Source: Candidatus Berkelbacteria bacterium (GTDB taxonomy: Bacteria; Patescibacteriota; UBA1384; 2-12-FULL-50-11). Taken from it: a DNA stretch of 64,000 bases. The DNA lies in contig CP066697.1 of the NCBI GenBank assembly GCA_016432625.1, positions 215,363 through 279,362 on the forward strand, given 5' to 3'. The translations under genes and the position numbers were made by a program. Shown one piece after another: positions 1 to 9,584 of the stretch (positions within the stretch are counted from its first letter, which is position 1; each line of letters begins with the position of its first letter). The notes beneath the pieces were generated by a model that saw nothing but the letters and a program-made list of their open reading frames with translations, did not search any database and was not told the origin of the DNA.

Positions 1-722
1 AAGGATACGGTAACCAACTAAGGGCCTTGCGCAACCAGCCGCAATTTATTATCGGTACGCCAGGACGCCTTAAGGACCACTTCCAGAGTCGAGCCATGCG
101 TTTGGACAACGTTGCCAACTTAGTACTCGACGAAGCTGATCGAATGGTTGAGATGGGTTTCATTAAAGACGTTAGAACACTAATTGCGGCTCTTCCAAAA
201 GCTCGTCAATCACTTTTCTTTTCCGCCACAATAACTTCAGAAGTTCAGCGGCTTATTCAGGAGTTCACTAATAACCCGGAGTCAGTTTCGGTTAAGAAGC
301 GAGAAACCAGCCAAAACGTTGACCAGGACATAATTCACTTTACCGACCCGCTGCATCGTATGACGTTACTACACGATTTACTAACAAAAGAGGAATGCAC
401 GAAAGTACTGGTCTTTGGTCGTACTAAGCACGGTGTGGAGAAATTGAGTCAAGCGTTAGTTGAGCGCGGTTTCAGCGCTGTTTCAATTCACGGCAACAAG
501 AACCAAGCTCAACGACAACGAGCTCTTGATGAATTCAAGGGCAATAAGTTTCAAGTCCTTGTGGCAACTGACGTCGCTGCCCGTGGATTAGATATTCCAG
601 ATGTCTCGCATGTAATAAATTTTGATGCGCCTGAAAGCTACTCCGACTATATCCACCGCATCGGCCGAACCGGCCGAGCTGATAAGACGGGCAAGGCGTT
701 TACTTTCGTCGGACTAGTCTAA
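1..722 (+). CDS. DEAD-box ATP-dependent RNA helicase, C-terminal part (gene starts upstream of window)
   Basis: Reading frame is open from nt 3. Motifs VLDEADRM (motif II), SAT (motif III) and HRIGRTGR (motif VI) are present. The listed ORF 27..722 begins at an internal TTG. Confidence 0.85.
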   Translation, partial: GYGNQLRALRNQPQFIIGTPGRLKDHFQSRAMRLDNVANLVLDEADRMVEMGFIKDVRTLIAALPKARQSLFFSATITSEVQRLIQEFTNNPESVSVKKRETSQNVDQDIIHFTDPLHRMTLLHDLLTKEECTKVLVFGRTKHGVEKLSQALVERGFSAVSIHGNKNQAQRQRALDEFKGNKFQVLVATDVAARGLDIPDVSHVINFDAPESYSDYIHRIGRTGRADKTGKAFTFVGLV

Positions 723-2539
723 TGAGCATCCGTAACGTCGCTATTATCGCTCACGTTGACCACGGCAAAACCACTCTTGTGGACGGCTTGCTTAAGCAGT
801 CTAAAGTTTTTCGCGACAACGAGGCGGTGATGCAGGAACACCTGATCATGGACTCCAACGATCAGGAGCGTGAACGCGGGATTACGATTATGGCTAAAAA
901 CACGGCTGTTACTTATAACGGCGTAAAGATTAATATAATCGACACTCCAGGACACGCCGATTTCGGCGGTGAAGTTGAGCGTACGCTCAACATGACCGAT
1001 AGCGCGCTGCTTATTATTGATGCTAAAGAAGGGCCAATGCCGCAGACTAAGTTCGTTTTGAAAAAAGCCTTAGAACTTGGCCTACGGCCGATCGTTATTA
1101 TTAACAAAATAGACAAGCCAGATTCTCAAATTGAGAAAGTAATCCGTGAAACTTCCGATTTATTTTTAGATTTAGCAACTGACGAATCTCAGCTCGAATT
1201 TCCGATTTTTTACGCGATTGGCCGCGAGGGCAAGGCGTGGTCCTACCAGCCTTCCACTAAAGAAGCCAACGAGGATGCCGATTTGACACCGATTTTTGAC
1301 GCCATTATTAATCACGCCCCCGCACCAAAAAAGGCTAACGCCGAGCCATTTCAAATGCTAGTTTCATCGCTCGACTGGGATCGTTTTCATGGTAAATACG
1401 CGATCGGTAAAGTCAGTTGCGGTGTCGCACGGCCTGGGCTAAGCGTAAGCATTGGGGCCGAGGGCGATTGGCGCGAAACCGTTAAAATTGACCAAGTGTT
1501 CGTTAGTCATGGCTTGAAACGACTTAAAGTTGATCAGGCCGAATCTGGCGAAATTGTTGCCCTAACGGGCTTAAATAATTGCCGCATTGGCGATACGATT
1601 GCCGATGCCGCCTCGCCAGTCGCGCTACCAAGTATGACTATCGCCGAACCGACGTTGAAAATGTCAGTTTCCGCCAATACCTCACCATTCGTTGGCAAAG
1701 AAGGCACGCAGCTCACTAGTCAGAAAATCTATGAGCGAATTATCAAAGAGCTCGAGGTCAATGTTTCTCTAAAAATGGAACCAGGTGAGAATAATGAATA
1801 TATTCTATCGGGCCGAGGCGAGCTTCATCTCTCAGTATTCATCGAGACACTTCGTCGCGAAGGCTTTGAATTACAAATCGGCAAGCCGCAAGTTATTACC
1901 AAAATTGTTGATGGGAAGGTTTATGAACCAATCGAAGAGCTAACCGTAGACGTTGCGAGTGAGTACGCTAGCGCCGTCACAGGTGAGGTTGGGCGGCGAA
2001 AGGGAATGCTGCTTAGCCAGAATGAGAATGAAGACCGGACAACCAGACTGATTTTTGAAATTCCAACCCGTGGCTTGCTTGGCTTGCGCAATGTCTTATT
2101 GACGCTCTCACGTGGCACGGCGGTGATGAACTCGCTATTTTTACACTCCGAGCCGATTGGCAGTGCCATTTCTAAAATGCGTAACGGCGTCCTGATCGCT
2201 TCGGAAGCTGGCACGGCGGTTTCTTACGGACTGAATAACGCTCAGCAACGCGGCACCACCTTCATCAATCCACAGACTCCGGTCTATGAGGGAATGATCA
2301 TCGGCCTAAACTCTCGCGAAACCGATCTGGAAATTAACGTCACCAAAGAAAAGAAGCAAACAAACGTTCGCTCAAGCGGCAACGACGACGCCATCACCTT
2401 GACCCCGCCAACGCTAATGAGCCTCGAGCAGTGCATCGACTTTTTAGAAGATGACGAACTCTTGGAAGCAACGCCAAAATCGTTACGATTACGCAAGAAA
2501 ATCTTAAACGGCTCGTTGCGCGCAAAATCGAAGAAGTGA
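722..2539 (+). CDS. typA: Translational GTPase TypA/BipA
   Basis: N-terminal [11 protein letters not shown]1 motif and DTPGHADF, with EF-G-like domains and length (605 aa) typical of BipA. Confidence 0.9.
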   Translation: MSIRNVAIIAHVDHGKTTLVDGLLKQSKVFRDNEAVMQEHLIMDSNDQERERGITIMAKNTAVTYNGVKINIIDTPGHADFGGEVERTLNMTDSALLIIDAKEGPMPQTKFVLKKALELGLRPIVIINKIDKPDSQIEKVIRETSDLFLDLATDESQLEFPIFYAIGREGKAWSYQPSTKEANEDADLTPIFDAIINHAPAPKKANAEPFQMLVSSLDWDRFHGKYAIGKVSCGVARPGLSVSIGAEGDWRETVKIDQVFVSHGLKRLKVDQAESGEIVALTGLNNCRIGDTIADAASPVALPSMTIAEPTLKMSVSANTSPFVGKEGTQLTSQKIYERIIKELEVNVSLKMEPGENNEYILSGRGELHLSVFIETLRREGFELQIGKPQVITKIVDGKVYEPIEELTVDVASEYASAVTGEVGRRKGMLLSQNENEDRTTRLIFEIPTRGLLGLRNVLLTLSRGTAVMNSLFLHSEPIGSAISKMRNGVLIASEAGTAVSYGLNNAQQRGTTFINPQTPVYEGMIIGLNSRETDLEINVTKEKKQTNVRSSGNDDAITLTPPTLMSLEQCIDFLEDDELLEATPKSLRLRKKILNGSLRAKSKK

Positions 2540-2571
2540 TTCTCTCTGGGTGGCACCGTCAGAGCTTTGTG

Positions 2572-4803
2572 TTAAATTTTAGCCCGTTTGAGCAACAGCG
2601 AGTTTAAAACTACCGAAATTGAGCTAGCGGCCATAGCCGCGGACGCAAAGATTGGGCTTAGCAAAATTCCCCAAATCGGGAATAAGACGCCGGCCGCAAC
2701 CGGAATAAGCAGGATATTATAGCCGAATGCCCAGACCAGATTCATCCTGATTGTCCCCATAGTCTTGCGGCTTAGGCGAATTGCGGCCGCGATACTACGT
2801 AGGTCCTTATTAATGAGCGTGATGTCGGCCGCTTCAATAGCAACATCGGTCCCTGAGCCCATGGCGATGCCGTTGTCGGCAGCAGCTAGGGCTGGTGCGT
2901 CGTTGATGCCGTCGCCGACCATGGCGACATGCAAGCCTTTTTGTTGTAGTTTGCGTACCTCGAGCTCTTTGTCTTGCGGCAATACTTCCGCTAAAACATT
3001 TTGCGCTTCAACGCCAGCCTCTCGGCCTATTGCCTCAGCAACCCGTCGGTTGTCCCCGGTAATCATGTAAACTTGCAGTCCTAGCTCCCGCAGCTCTTTA
3101 ATGGCGGCTGGTGAGGTTGGTCGAAGAGTATCGGCAACAGCCACAATTCCAGCTGCTTGAGAGTCGATGCCAACTAACATAGCGGTTTTGCCTTCATTCT
3201 CGAGTTGTTCCAAGGCCGTTTCTTGATCATTAGTCAGAGCTACTTTTTCTTGCGCGAAAAGTTTACGGTTGCCGACAACTACGGTCTTTTTCCCAACTTT
3301 GCCGCGAACGCCATGGCCAGAGATTGCCTCAAAATCGCTCACCTTTTCCAATAAAAGGTTTTTATCTTTAGCCGCTTTGACGATGGCCGTTGCTAAAGAG
3401 TGTTCAGACAACGCTTCAACGGCAGCTGTGAGAGCAAGCAGCTCATTCTCCTCACGATTCCACGCCACCACCTCCGTCAGGATTGGTTCACCATTGGTGA
3501 GTGTCCCGGTCTTATCAAAAACGATAGCGGTGACTTTATGGGCGGTCTCCAACGCCTCGGCGTTTTTAATAAGAATGCCGCGCTCGGCACCCCGACCAGT
3601 ACCGACCATGATAGCCGTCGGCGTTGCTAGCCCCATGGCGCACGGACAGGCGATAATTAACACCGTAACCATGCTGAGTAAGGCGTAAGTCATTGCCGGG
3701 TCGGGACCAACAACATACCAAACCACAAAAGTTGCGATCGCTACCATAATTACTATCGGCACGAAGTAGGAGGAGATGGTATCAACCAACCGCTGGATCG
3801 GTGCCTTTGAGCCCTGAGCTTCTTCAACAAGTTTGATGATCTGTGCCAGCATTGTTTCGCTCCCAACTTTCTCGGCTACGAAAGTAAAGCTGCCAGTTTT
3901 ATTGATTGTGGCGCCAATCACAGTGTCTCCGGCTTTTTTTGTCGCTGGTATGGATTCCCCGGTTACCATCGATTCGTCGATGCTTGAGGTGCCTTCTATT
4001 ATTTTTCCGTCAACGGGCACCTTTTCGCCAGGGCGAACGATAATTTTGTCACCATGGACAACCTGGTCGATCGGTAGGTCGATTCCCTTGCCGTCGCGAA
4101 TCACCCGGGCAGTTTTAGCTTGCAGGTTCATTAGTTTTTTTATCGCCTGGCTAGTTCGTTTCTTGGCGACAGCTTCTAGATAGCGTCCAAGCAAGATGAG
4201 CGTAATAACGATGACCGAGACGTCGAAATACGGCGCGATTTCCACCCCCAGCAACGACAAAGCGCCCGGGAAGAAAGTGATAAACGCAGAATAAATATAG
4301 GCGACAGTGGTTCCAAGCGCGATCAAAGTATCCATGTTGGCGCTACGGTGGACTAAGGCGGTTATAGTGCTCTTATAAAACTGCCATCCGGCCCAAAACT
4401 GAATTGGGGTAGCTAGTAATAGTTGAAAGTAAAAGTTTTTAACAATCTCCGGAGCAGTTTCCATCACCCCGGGTACGCTTCCCCACATAACGACTAATCC
4501 AACTAAAAATCCGGCAATGATTTTTGGCTTCAAAATTTTAAGTTCACGCTCCCGCATCATTTCCTGGTGGTCGTGCTGCTCGCTGCCGGCAGGGACTGCC
4601 TTATAGCCGACCCTATTTACCGCAGCTTCTAAGTCGTGACGCGTTGCATGTTTGTGATCGTAAGCAACGGTTGCTTTCCCCGTCACTAAGTTAACATTAG
4701 CTTCGTGGACGCCCGGAACCTTAGTGAGGGAGCGCTCGATTGTCCGGACGCAGCTAGCGCAGTGCATTCCCTCGATGTTGATGGTTTCTTTTTGATGGTT
4801 CAT
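2572..4803 (-). CDS. copA: Copper-translocating P1B-type ATPase CopA with N-terminal HMA domain
   Basis: GMHCASCV metal-binding motif, CPC ([10 protein letters not shown]) in the TM helix, DKTGTLT phosphorylation motif and [10 protein letters not shown] hinge. Confidence 0.9.
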   Translation of the reverse strand: MNHQKETINIEGMHCASCVRTIERSLTKVPGVHEANVNLVTGKATVAYDHKHATRHDLEAAVNRVGYKAVPAGSEQHDHQEMMRERELKILKPKIIAGFLVGLVVMWGSVPGVMETAPEIVKNFYFQLLLATPIQFWAGWQFYKSTITALVHRSANMDTLIALGTTVAYIYSAFITFFPGALSLLGVEIAPYFDVSVIVITLILLGRYLEAVAKKRTSQAIKKLMNLQAKTARVIRDGKGIDLPIDQVVHGDKIIVRPGEKVPVDGKIIEGTSSIDESMVTGESIPATKKAGDTVIGATINKTGSFTFVAEKVGSETMLAQIIKLVEEAQGSKAPIQRLVDTISSYFVPIVIMVAIATFVVWYVVGPDPAMTYALLSMVTVLIIACPCAMGLATPTAIMVGTGRGAERGILIKNAEALETAHKVTAIVFDKTGTLTNGEPILTEVVAWNREENELLALTAAVEALSEHSLATAIVKAAKDKNLLLEKVSDFEAISGHGVRGKVGKKTVVVGNRKLFAQEKVALTNDQETALEQLENEGKTAMLVGIDSQAAGIVAVADTLRPTSPAAIKELRELGLQVYMITGDNRRVAEAIGREAGVEAQNVLAEVLPQDKELEVRKLQQKGLHVAMVGDGINDAPALAAADNGIAMGSGTDVAIEAADITLINKDLRSIAAAIRLSRKTMGTIRMNLVWAFGYNILLIPVAAGVLFPIWGILLSPIFASAAMAASSISVVLNSLLLKRAKI

Positions 4804-4916
4804 CAGTGGTGATGCTCCTCATTTTTACTGCGATCGGCTTTGCCTAAGAAAAACCAATAAGTCAGGATTATTAGGATAATTCCGGCTACGATGACGATAA
4901 GTTTGTCGCTAGTCAT
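4803..4916 (-). CDS. Unannotated 37-aa single-TM peptide ending in HHH ([37 protein letters not shown]), translationally coupled between copZ and copA
   Basis: ATG at 4916 lies 4 nt inside the copZ stop, and its TGA overlaps the copA ATG (TGATG). Hydrophobic core followed by a basic/His3 tail. Below the 60-aa ORF-track cutoff. Confidence 0.45.
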   Translation of the reverse strand: MTSDKLIVIVAGIILIILTYWFFLGKADRSKNEEHHH

Positions 4917-5148
4917 GACTTACCTCGGCTTTGTAACCGCTCGTTTCTTCTATCGCTTTGATTACGTCTTCGACGCCCAATTTATTCTCGTCGAATACAA
5001 TTTCGGCGGACTTTTTACCTAAGTTAACCTCAACGCTGTTAATTGCGTCGTAATCCTCCTCCAAAGTTTCTAGCAGCATAACGCAGCTGGCACAGTGGAC
5101 ATCTGGTATATAGAATCTTTGTTTTGTCATCGTTGCCTCCTCATTCAA
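4909..5148 (-). CDS. copZ: Copper chaperone CopZ (HMA domain)
   Basis: HCASCV metal-binding motif in a ~70-aa ferredoxin-like HMA fold. The true start is probably M7 (MTKQRF). Confidence 0.8.
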   Translation of the reverse strand: MNEEATMTKQRFYIPDVHCASCVMLLETLEEDYDAINSVEVNLGKKSAEIVFDENKLGVEDVIKAIEETSGYKAEVSHD

Positions 5149-6298
5149 ACAATATTTGTCCGGTGTACATACCCATTGAGCAGCTGAAACGCAGCCGACC
5201 CTTATCTTGGGCGGGGATATTTATTGTCTCACGGCCAGTTTCCGGTAGAACCTTTTGGATCTTCAAGCTTGGAATTACAAAGGCCCTGCTACAACTGAAG
5301 GTGTCTTTGGTCACTAACGTCAGCCTTGTCGGTACGCCTGCTTTGGCTTTCAAGATGTTTGGCTCGTAACCATCTTCCTGAACGCTAATTGTTAACTTCT
5401 GTTCACTCTGGGCTGCGTCATTCACTTGCTCATTAGCTTTAGTTTGTTGGGCAATTTCGGTTGAGCCAATTGTATCGACCGGCGTATCGAGCCACTGTTT
5501 ATAGGCGGCATACGAGACTGGTGAGCCAACGAGATTAAGACCACTTTCAAGCGAATAGAGGCTGAAGATCAACACCAACACCGCTACTATTCTTACGAAG
5601 TATTTATTCAGGCTTTCGCCAAGACGAGTCGTGAAATAGGCAAGGATAAAGAACAGGGGAGAAGCGCCGAGCGTAAACGAGAATAGTATCAACGCTCCTG
5701 CAACGGGGCTACCCGTACCGAGCGCTAAGGCCATCATCGCCTGAGTAATACCGCACGGGATTAGTACCGTCAGAGCACCTAAAAAGATTGGTGTAGCGTA
5801 ATCTTCTTTGGCATTTTTACTAAAACGGCGGATAAAGCGGCGAATAAACTTTGGTGGTTGAATCTGGAAATAATTAAAGAACGGATGAACATTTAACAGC
5901 CGCAAGGCTGTTCCAAGCATAAAAATAGTAATAGCGAGCATTAGAACTCCGCGCATAACGGGCGTCAGTTGAAGCATTGTGCCGAGCCACCCTAAGCCAA
6001 GCCCTAATAATGTATAAGCAACAATTTTAGCGGCTAAGAATAGAACGATCGATAGAGTGATATCGCTGCGAAAACTTCTTGGCGCTCGCGGCTGTTCCTG
6101 ATGATGCTCGTAGAAGTTAATTAAGTCGTGTTTTGACATATGGGCCGGGTCAACTCGGTTCTCTTTAGGCTTATTTGGCTTAAACTCATCTTCGGCTTGT
6201 TTAGCGATCACATTAGCCAATAGCCCACCTTGAACGGCTAAACAACTAAGGCCGCCTGTAGTAAGGCCAGTCAAAAATATCACCCACAAATTTGGCAT
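5141..6298 (-). CDS. Polytopic membrane permease fused to a C-terminal cupredoxin-like domain (probable copper-handling protein)
   Basis: About 8 predicted TM helices with conserved Cys (GGLSCLA, LIPCGIT). The C-terminal ~90 aa resemble the cupredoxin_1-type fold, with two FSCS motifs and MGMY. Sits between arsR and copZ. Confidence 0.55.
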   Translation of the reverse strand: MPNLWVIFLTGLTTGGLSCLAVQGGLLANVIAKQAEDEFKPNKPKENRVDPAHMSKHDLINFYEHHQEQPRAPRSFRSDITLSIVLFLAAKIVAYTLLGLGLGWLGTMLQLTPVMRGVLMLAITIFMLGTALRLLNVHPFFNYFQIQPPKFIRRFIRRFSKNAKEDYATPIFLGALTVLIPCGITQAMMALALGTGSPVAGALILFSFTLGASPLFFILAYFTTRLGESLNKYFVRIVAVLVLIFSLYSLESGLNLVGSPVSYAAYKQWLDTPVDTIGSTEIAQQTKANEQVNDAAQSEQKLTISVQEDGYEPNILKAKAGVPTRLTLVTKDTFSCSRAFVIPSLKIQKVLPETGRETINIPAQDKGRLRFSCSMGMYTGQILFE

Positions 6299-6624
6299 TA
6301 TTTACTCACCCCTAATTCGTTCAGGAGGCTCTTGGTGAACTCGTTACTTTGCATGGTGTAGTAAACAGTTTGAGCATCCTTACTGGAACTTAGAATGTCT
6401 GCTTTCTTTAGCTTCTTTAACTGCCGGGATGCGGCTGAAATAGAAATACTGACGAGCTCTGCAATTTGGCCGACGGACAATTCCGGATAGTGTCGAAAGA
6501 GATAGCAAATCTTCATAGCCGTGGGGTCGCCAATAGTCCCGTGACGCCGCGCACACGCCTTAACGGCTTCACTGTCGGTAATCTCCCTCTTGATGTTGGC
6601 CAAGTTCTTACTGGCACGCATCAT
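6298..6624 (-). CDS. ArsR/SmtB-family metalloregulatory transcriptional repressor
   Basis: Winged HTH (LSVGQIAELVSISISAASRQLKKL) typical of ArsR/SmtB. First gene of the copper operon. Confidence 0.8.
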   Translation of the reverse strand: MMRASKNLANIKREITDSEAVKACARRHGTIGDPTAMKICYLFRHYPELSVGQIAELVSISISAASRQLKKLKKADILSSSKDAQTVYYTMQSNEFTKSLLNELGVSK

Positions 6625-6652
6625 GAATTGATTCTAATTAATGAGTAAGCAT

Positions 6653-6702
6653 GTATTTGCATGTATACGCAAATACTAACCTTGCCTGTAATTGCGTGTC
6701 AA
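6653..6702 (-). promoter_or_regulatory. Candidate arsR-copA operon promoter: -35 TTGACA (6702-6697), -10 TAGTAT (6678-6673), overlapped by the 8-8-8 inverted repeat GTATTTGC-ATGTATAC-GCAAATAC (6653-6676)
   Basis: Near-consensus sigma70-like hexamers are read on the minus strand. A perfect 8-bp inverted repeat overlapping -10/+1 fits ArsR/SmtB operator architecture. Confidence 0.4.
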
Positions 6703-6769
6703 GGAAACTACGTTACTGCCAGGAATTGACTTTGACTATGGTTCTTGATTAAATACGCCAATCGGAGGT

Positions 6770-7297
6770 GTGCGCTTGCAGCACTTTAAGAACATCGGGG
6801 CAGGACTGCTGATTTTAGCCGTCTTCTTCGCCCTTATCGTCGTCATGAAGCCGGCGGCGCGGGCAAAACGTCCGAACAACTCCTCGGGAGAGCCGGAGCT
6901 ACTCGTTCTCGACACCAAGGAAACGCCGGAGGTGAGCTACCTACCAACGGGCACGATCGAAGTTCGTTTCGACAAGCCGTTGACGATCAGTTCGGATTTC
7001 CTGGTGGGAATTGGCCAAACGAAGTCAGTTCGGGACATGGAGCTTAACAAGTCGACCGTAACGGTTCACGCCGAAGGGTCGAGTGTGAAGCTCAAGCAAA
7101 AGGGTGCCTACTTCGTTATGATCTTCACTCGCAACCTTGAAGGCAAACCCGACACCGGGACTGCTGTCCGTGTAATGATCATCATCGGCCCTTGGCCTCA
7201 CCCGGTTAACCGCAAGTTACTTCGCCCTGTTCCTGATTGGATCCGTCTCAGCAAAGCCCCACATCGGGGCTTTTCTTTTGGAGGTGGTTTGTTCTGA
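6770..7297 (+). CDS. Membrane-anchored secreted hypothetical protein (possible beta-sandwich, CopC-like; unproven)
   Basis: N-terminal TM/signal anchor; no recognisable catalytic motifs; transcribed divergently from the copper operon. Confidence 0.35.
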   Translation: MRLQHFKNIGAGLLILAVFFALIVVMKPAARAKRPNNSSGEPELLVLDTKETPEVSYLPTGTIEVRFDKPLTISSDFLVGIGQTKSVRDMELNKSTVTVHAEGSSVKLKQKGAYFVMIFTRNLEGKPDTGTAVRVMIIIGPWPHPVNRKLLRPVPDWIRLSKAPHRGFSFGGGLF

Positions 7298-7318
7298 GCT
7301 TGTCGAAGAGCGGCGAAC

Positions 7319-7882
7319 TTACTTCCAGACTAATATCGCTCTCCCTGTATAGCAGTCGTTGAACTTATCGTACGGGACTAAACCAGCTTTCCAATTCTGC
7401 TCAGCAACTTTAGAAGTGTGGTTAACGTAAAATCCTTCATCGTCGTATCCAACCACTACTGCTAAATGGCCACCGAACCTTTTCCAGAAAAGTATTTTTT
7501 CTATTAACAACTTGTTGTTCTTGAACGCCCACTTGATTGAAACGATTGGAAGCTTCTTTTCTTCAAGCGCTTTTTGCAATTCTTTAGTTGAAAGTGTTTT
7601 TCGCTCAGCGTGGAGACCCAATTTTTCAACCAGGCGAACTAAGCCCTCATGTTTCCATCCGTACTCCTCTGAGTAGCCGCCGAGTTCTTGGCCTTGTTTT
7701 ATTAGGCTCGACGTAGAATATTTTGTTTCGTTAAGAAACGAAGCAATCTCATTTACACAAAGGATCCCGCAGCACGAACGCTCCCAGTATTCCGCATCAT
7801 CTCGCGAACTAAATCCTAGCTTTTTCCATTCGTCCAAATTCCAATTTTGTGAATAAAGCGGAATTTCGTACAGAACTTTCAT
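7319..7882 (-). CDS. Stand-alone C39-like (papain-fold) cysteine peptidase domain protein
   Basis: Cys-rich SCCGILC motif and downstream GGHLAVVVGYDD, consistent with a Peptidase_C39_2-type catalytic Cys/His. Confidence 0.45.
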   Translation of the reverse strand: MKVLYEIPLYSQNWNLDEWKKLGFSSRDDAEYWERSCCGILCVNEIASFLNETKYSTSSLIKQGQELGGYSEEYGWKHEGLVRLVEKLGLHAERKTLSTKELQKALEEKKLPIVSIKWAFKNNKLLIEKILFWKRFGGHLAVVVGYDDEGFYVNHTSKVAEQNWKAGLVPYDKFNDCYTGRAILVWK

Positions 7883-7889
7883 TTTTTTG

Positions 7890-7961
7890 GGTGGCTAACG
7901 GGAATTGAACCCATATCAAGGGGACCACAACCCCACGTGTTACCATTACACCATAGCCACC
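7890..7961 (-). tRNA. tRNA-His (GTG) with encoded G-1
   Basis: Cloverleaf with acceptor GTGGCTA/TAGCCAC, G-1 pairing with discriminator C, and anticodon loop TTGTGGT. Confidence 0.85.
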
Positions 7962-7974
7962 ATGCTTTTAAGCT

Positions 7975-8005
7975 GGTGGTTATGCCCGAACGGGATATAG
8001 CCACC
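7975..8005. repeat. tRNA-His acceptor-stem-like minihelix hairpin (TGGTGGTTAT...ATAGCCACCA)
   Basis: Shares GGTGGCTAT/ATAGCCACC with the adjacent tRNA-His acceptor stem. Could be a tRNA remnant or a terminator. Confidence 0.4.
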
Positions 8006-8029
8006 ATGCTGCGTTATTATATAACGCCG

Positions 8030-8102
8030 CGCGCCCGGAGGGATTCGAACCCCCGACCCTCTGGTCCGAAGCCAGATACTCTATCCACTGAGCTACGGGC
8101 GC
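8030..8102 (-). tRNA. tRNA-Arg (TCG)
   Basis: Acceptor GCGCCCG/CGGGCGC, D-arm TAGCTCAGTGGATAGAG, anticodon loop CTTCGGA. Confidence 0.85.
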
Positions 8103-8161
8103 AAATCAACGAGCACAAACAAATGTACAGCGGCCGGAGCTAAGTGGAACGACACTCGGAG

Positions 8162-8182
8162 TATCCACTGAGCTACGGGCGC
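8162..8182. repeat. 21-bp exact duplicate of the tRNA-Arg(TCG) 5' end (TATCCACTGAGCTACGGGCGC), 80 bp from the gene
   Basis: Identical to 8082-8102; partial tRNA copy. Confidence 0.6.
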
Positions 8183-8282
8183 TTGTCGTCCAATTTTCCC
8201 ATAAATTGCCCTACTAATCTAGGAGATTAGGCCAAGTATCTAGATTTCGACTGCGAGCGATTGCGAGAAGTGAATTTCGTTT

Positions 8283-8705
8283 TTAGAATTCAATTTTTTG
8301 TTTTTTCCAGCCGAATAGCGGCTCGTAGATGATGTCGATGAATTTCGGTGAAAGTTTGTACCATTTGTGATTATCATCAATGTGATCGTCAGGTAAGTGG
8401 TATTTTGCTAGATAATTCTTAGCTAGTTGTTCGTCTTGATTGACTACCGTGACTGTCCCGGCAATCTGTAAGCCAGCTGCTTTGTGATCGGGCGTATCAA
8501 CCATGATTGCCGCTGCCGCTTGCGGCGCTAGGTCAACGGCCCTCGAGTGTCGTACTACCGGCATTGAGAGCCAATAGATATTCATCGCCTCGTCATGAAT
8601 GTAAATGAGCGGGCTGACCCAAACGCCACCGTCGTCGTTTGTGCCGAGATGGATCAAGCGGCCTTGTTCTAATAATTGCTGAGCTAGCTTCTTTAAATCT
8701 TCCAT
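8283..8705 (-). CDS. Pyridoxamine 5'-phosphate oxidase-like FMN-binding split-barrel protein
   Basis: Size (140 aa) and sequence pattern typical of the PNPOx-like family; weak call. Confidence 0.5.
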   Translation of the reverse strand: MEDLKKLAQQLLEQGRLIHLGTNDDGGVWVSPLIYIHDEAMNIYWLSMPVVRHSRAVDLAPQAAAAIMVDTPDHKAAGLQIAGTVTVVNQDEQLAKNYLAKYHLPDDHIDDNHKWYKLSPKFIDIIYEPLFGWKKQKIEF

Positions 8706-8766
8706 AGATTCAATAATACTCCCACGCCTGGAGGGCGGGAAGTATCCAGAGTAGAATTACGTCGTT

Positions 8767-8843
8767 GCCCTCGTAGCTCAGTGGATTAGAGCGTTGGTTT
8801 CCGGTACCAAAGGCCACAGGTTCAAGTCCTGTCGAGGGCGCCA
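8767..8843 (+). tRNA. tRNA-Arg (CCG), CCA encoded
   Basis: Acceptor GCCCTCG/CGAGGGC, anticodon loop TTCCGGT, 3' GCCA. Confidence 0.85.
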
Positions 8844-8880
8844 GTAGGGGGCGATACCACTTTAATTTTTCGCACAGCTA

Positions 8881-9582
8881 CTAGTGATTATGGTGTGGGC
8901 AGAATTTAGCGTGATCGCCGATCGCTTCGTTAGTTAGTTTACCGTCCTCGATTGTTACTACCCTGGTGGCGATATCCCGAAGGCGTTGGTCGTGGCTGAC
9001 GATCACGACCGACTTATGTTCCTGACAGGCTATTTCACACAGTAATAACATAACTGAATGGCCATTTTTCGAGTCGAGGTTAGCGGTCGGCTCATCGGCA
9101 AGAATGATTGGCGGATTGTTTATTAGCGATCGAGCGACGGCGACTCGTTGGCGTTCGCCACCCGAGAGTTCTTTAGGCTTGGCGTGAAGACGATTTTGCA
9201 AGCCCAGCCTGTTCAATAACTCTAAGGCGCGCTTGGTGTTGCGGTTTTTGCCAAACCCGGCAATGACGACGTTTTCAAAGGCGGTTAGATTGTCGAGTAA
9301 GTTAAAAGACTGAAAAATAAAGCCGATCTTTCCTCTGCGCAACATCGTCAGTTGTCCTTGGCTTAACTTTGAGATTGGTTGATCGGCAATAAATATCTCA
9401 CCGGCTGAGGGACTAAGTAGCCCGCCCAACATCGTCAGCAGCGTTGTCTTACCGCTGCCTGACGGCCCGATAATCAAGACAATTTCACCCGGTTCGATAC
9501 TAATACTAACGCTCTCGACGGCTTTCACCTCGGTGTGTTGCCGGGGATTAAACGTTTTAGATAATTCGGTGGCTTTGATCAT
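8881..9582 (-). CDS. ABC transporter ATP-binding protein (MacB/LolD-type)
   Basis: Walker A GPSGSGKTT, Q-loop, ABC signature LSGGERQRVAVAR, Walker B ILADEPT. Confidence 0.85.
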   Translation of the reverse strand: MIKATELSKTFNPRQHTEVKAVESVSISIEPGEIVLIIGPSGSGKTTLLTMLGGLLSPSAGEIFIADQPISKLSQGQLTMLRRGKIGFIFQSFNLLDNLTAFENVVIAGFGKNRNTKRALELLNRLGLQNRLHAKPKELSGGERQRVAVARSLINNPPIILADEPTANLDSKNGHSVMLLLCEIACQEHKSVVIVSHDQRLRDIATRVVTIEDGKLTNEAIGDHAKFCPHHNH

Positions 9583-9584
9583 CG

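Noticed and set aside
2765-3070. 101-aa plus-strand ORF (Ala/Ser/Arg-rich) inside copA
   Set aside because: Antisense to a well-supported P-type ATPase gene; low-complexity composition typical of a GC-skewed antisense frame.
8716-8746. Inverted repeat ATACTCCC-N14-GGGAAGTAT upstream of tRNA-Arg(CCG), considered as a third CsoR-like box
   Set aside because: Spacer far longer than the N4-N5 of the two C/G-tract boxes, and the arms are not pure C/G tracts; left unassigned. It may be a local RBS-occluding hairpin for the PNPOx-like gene.
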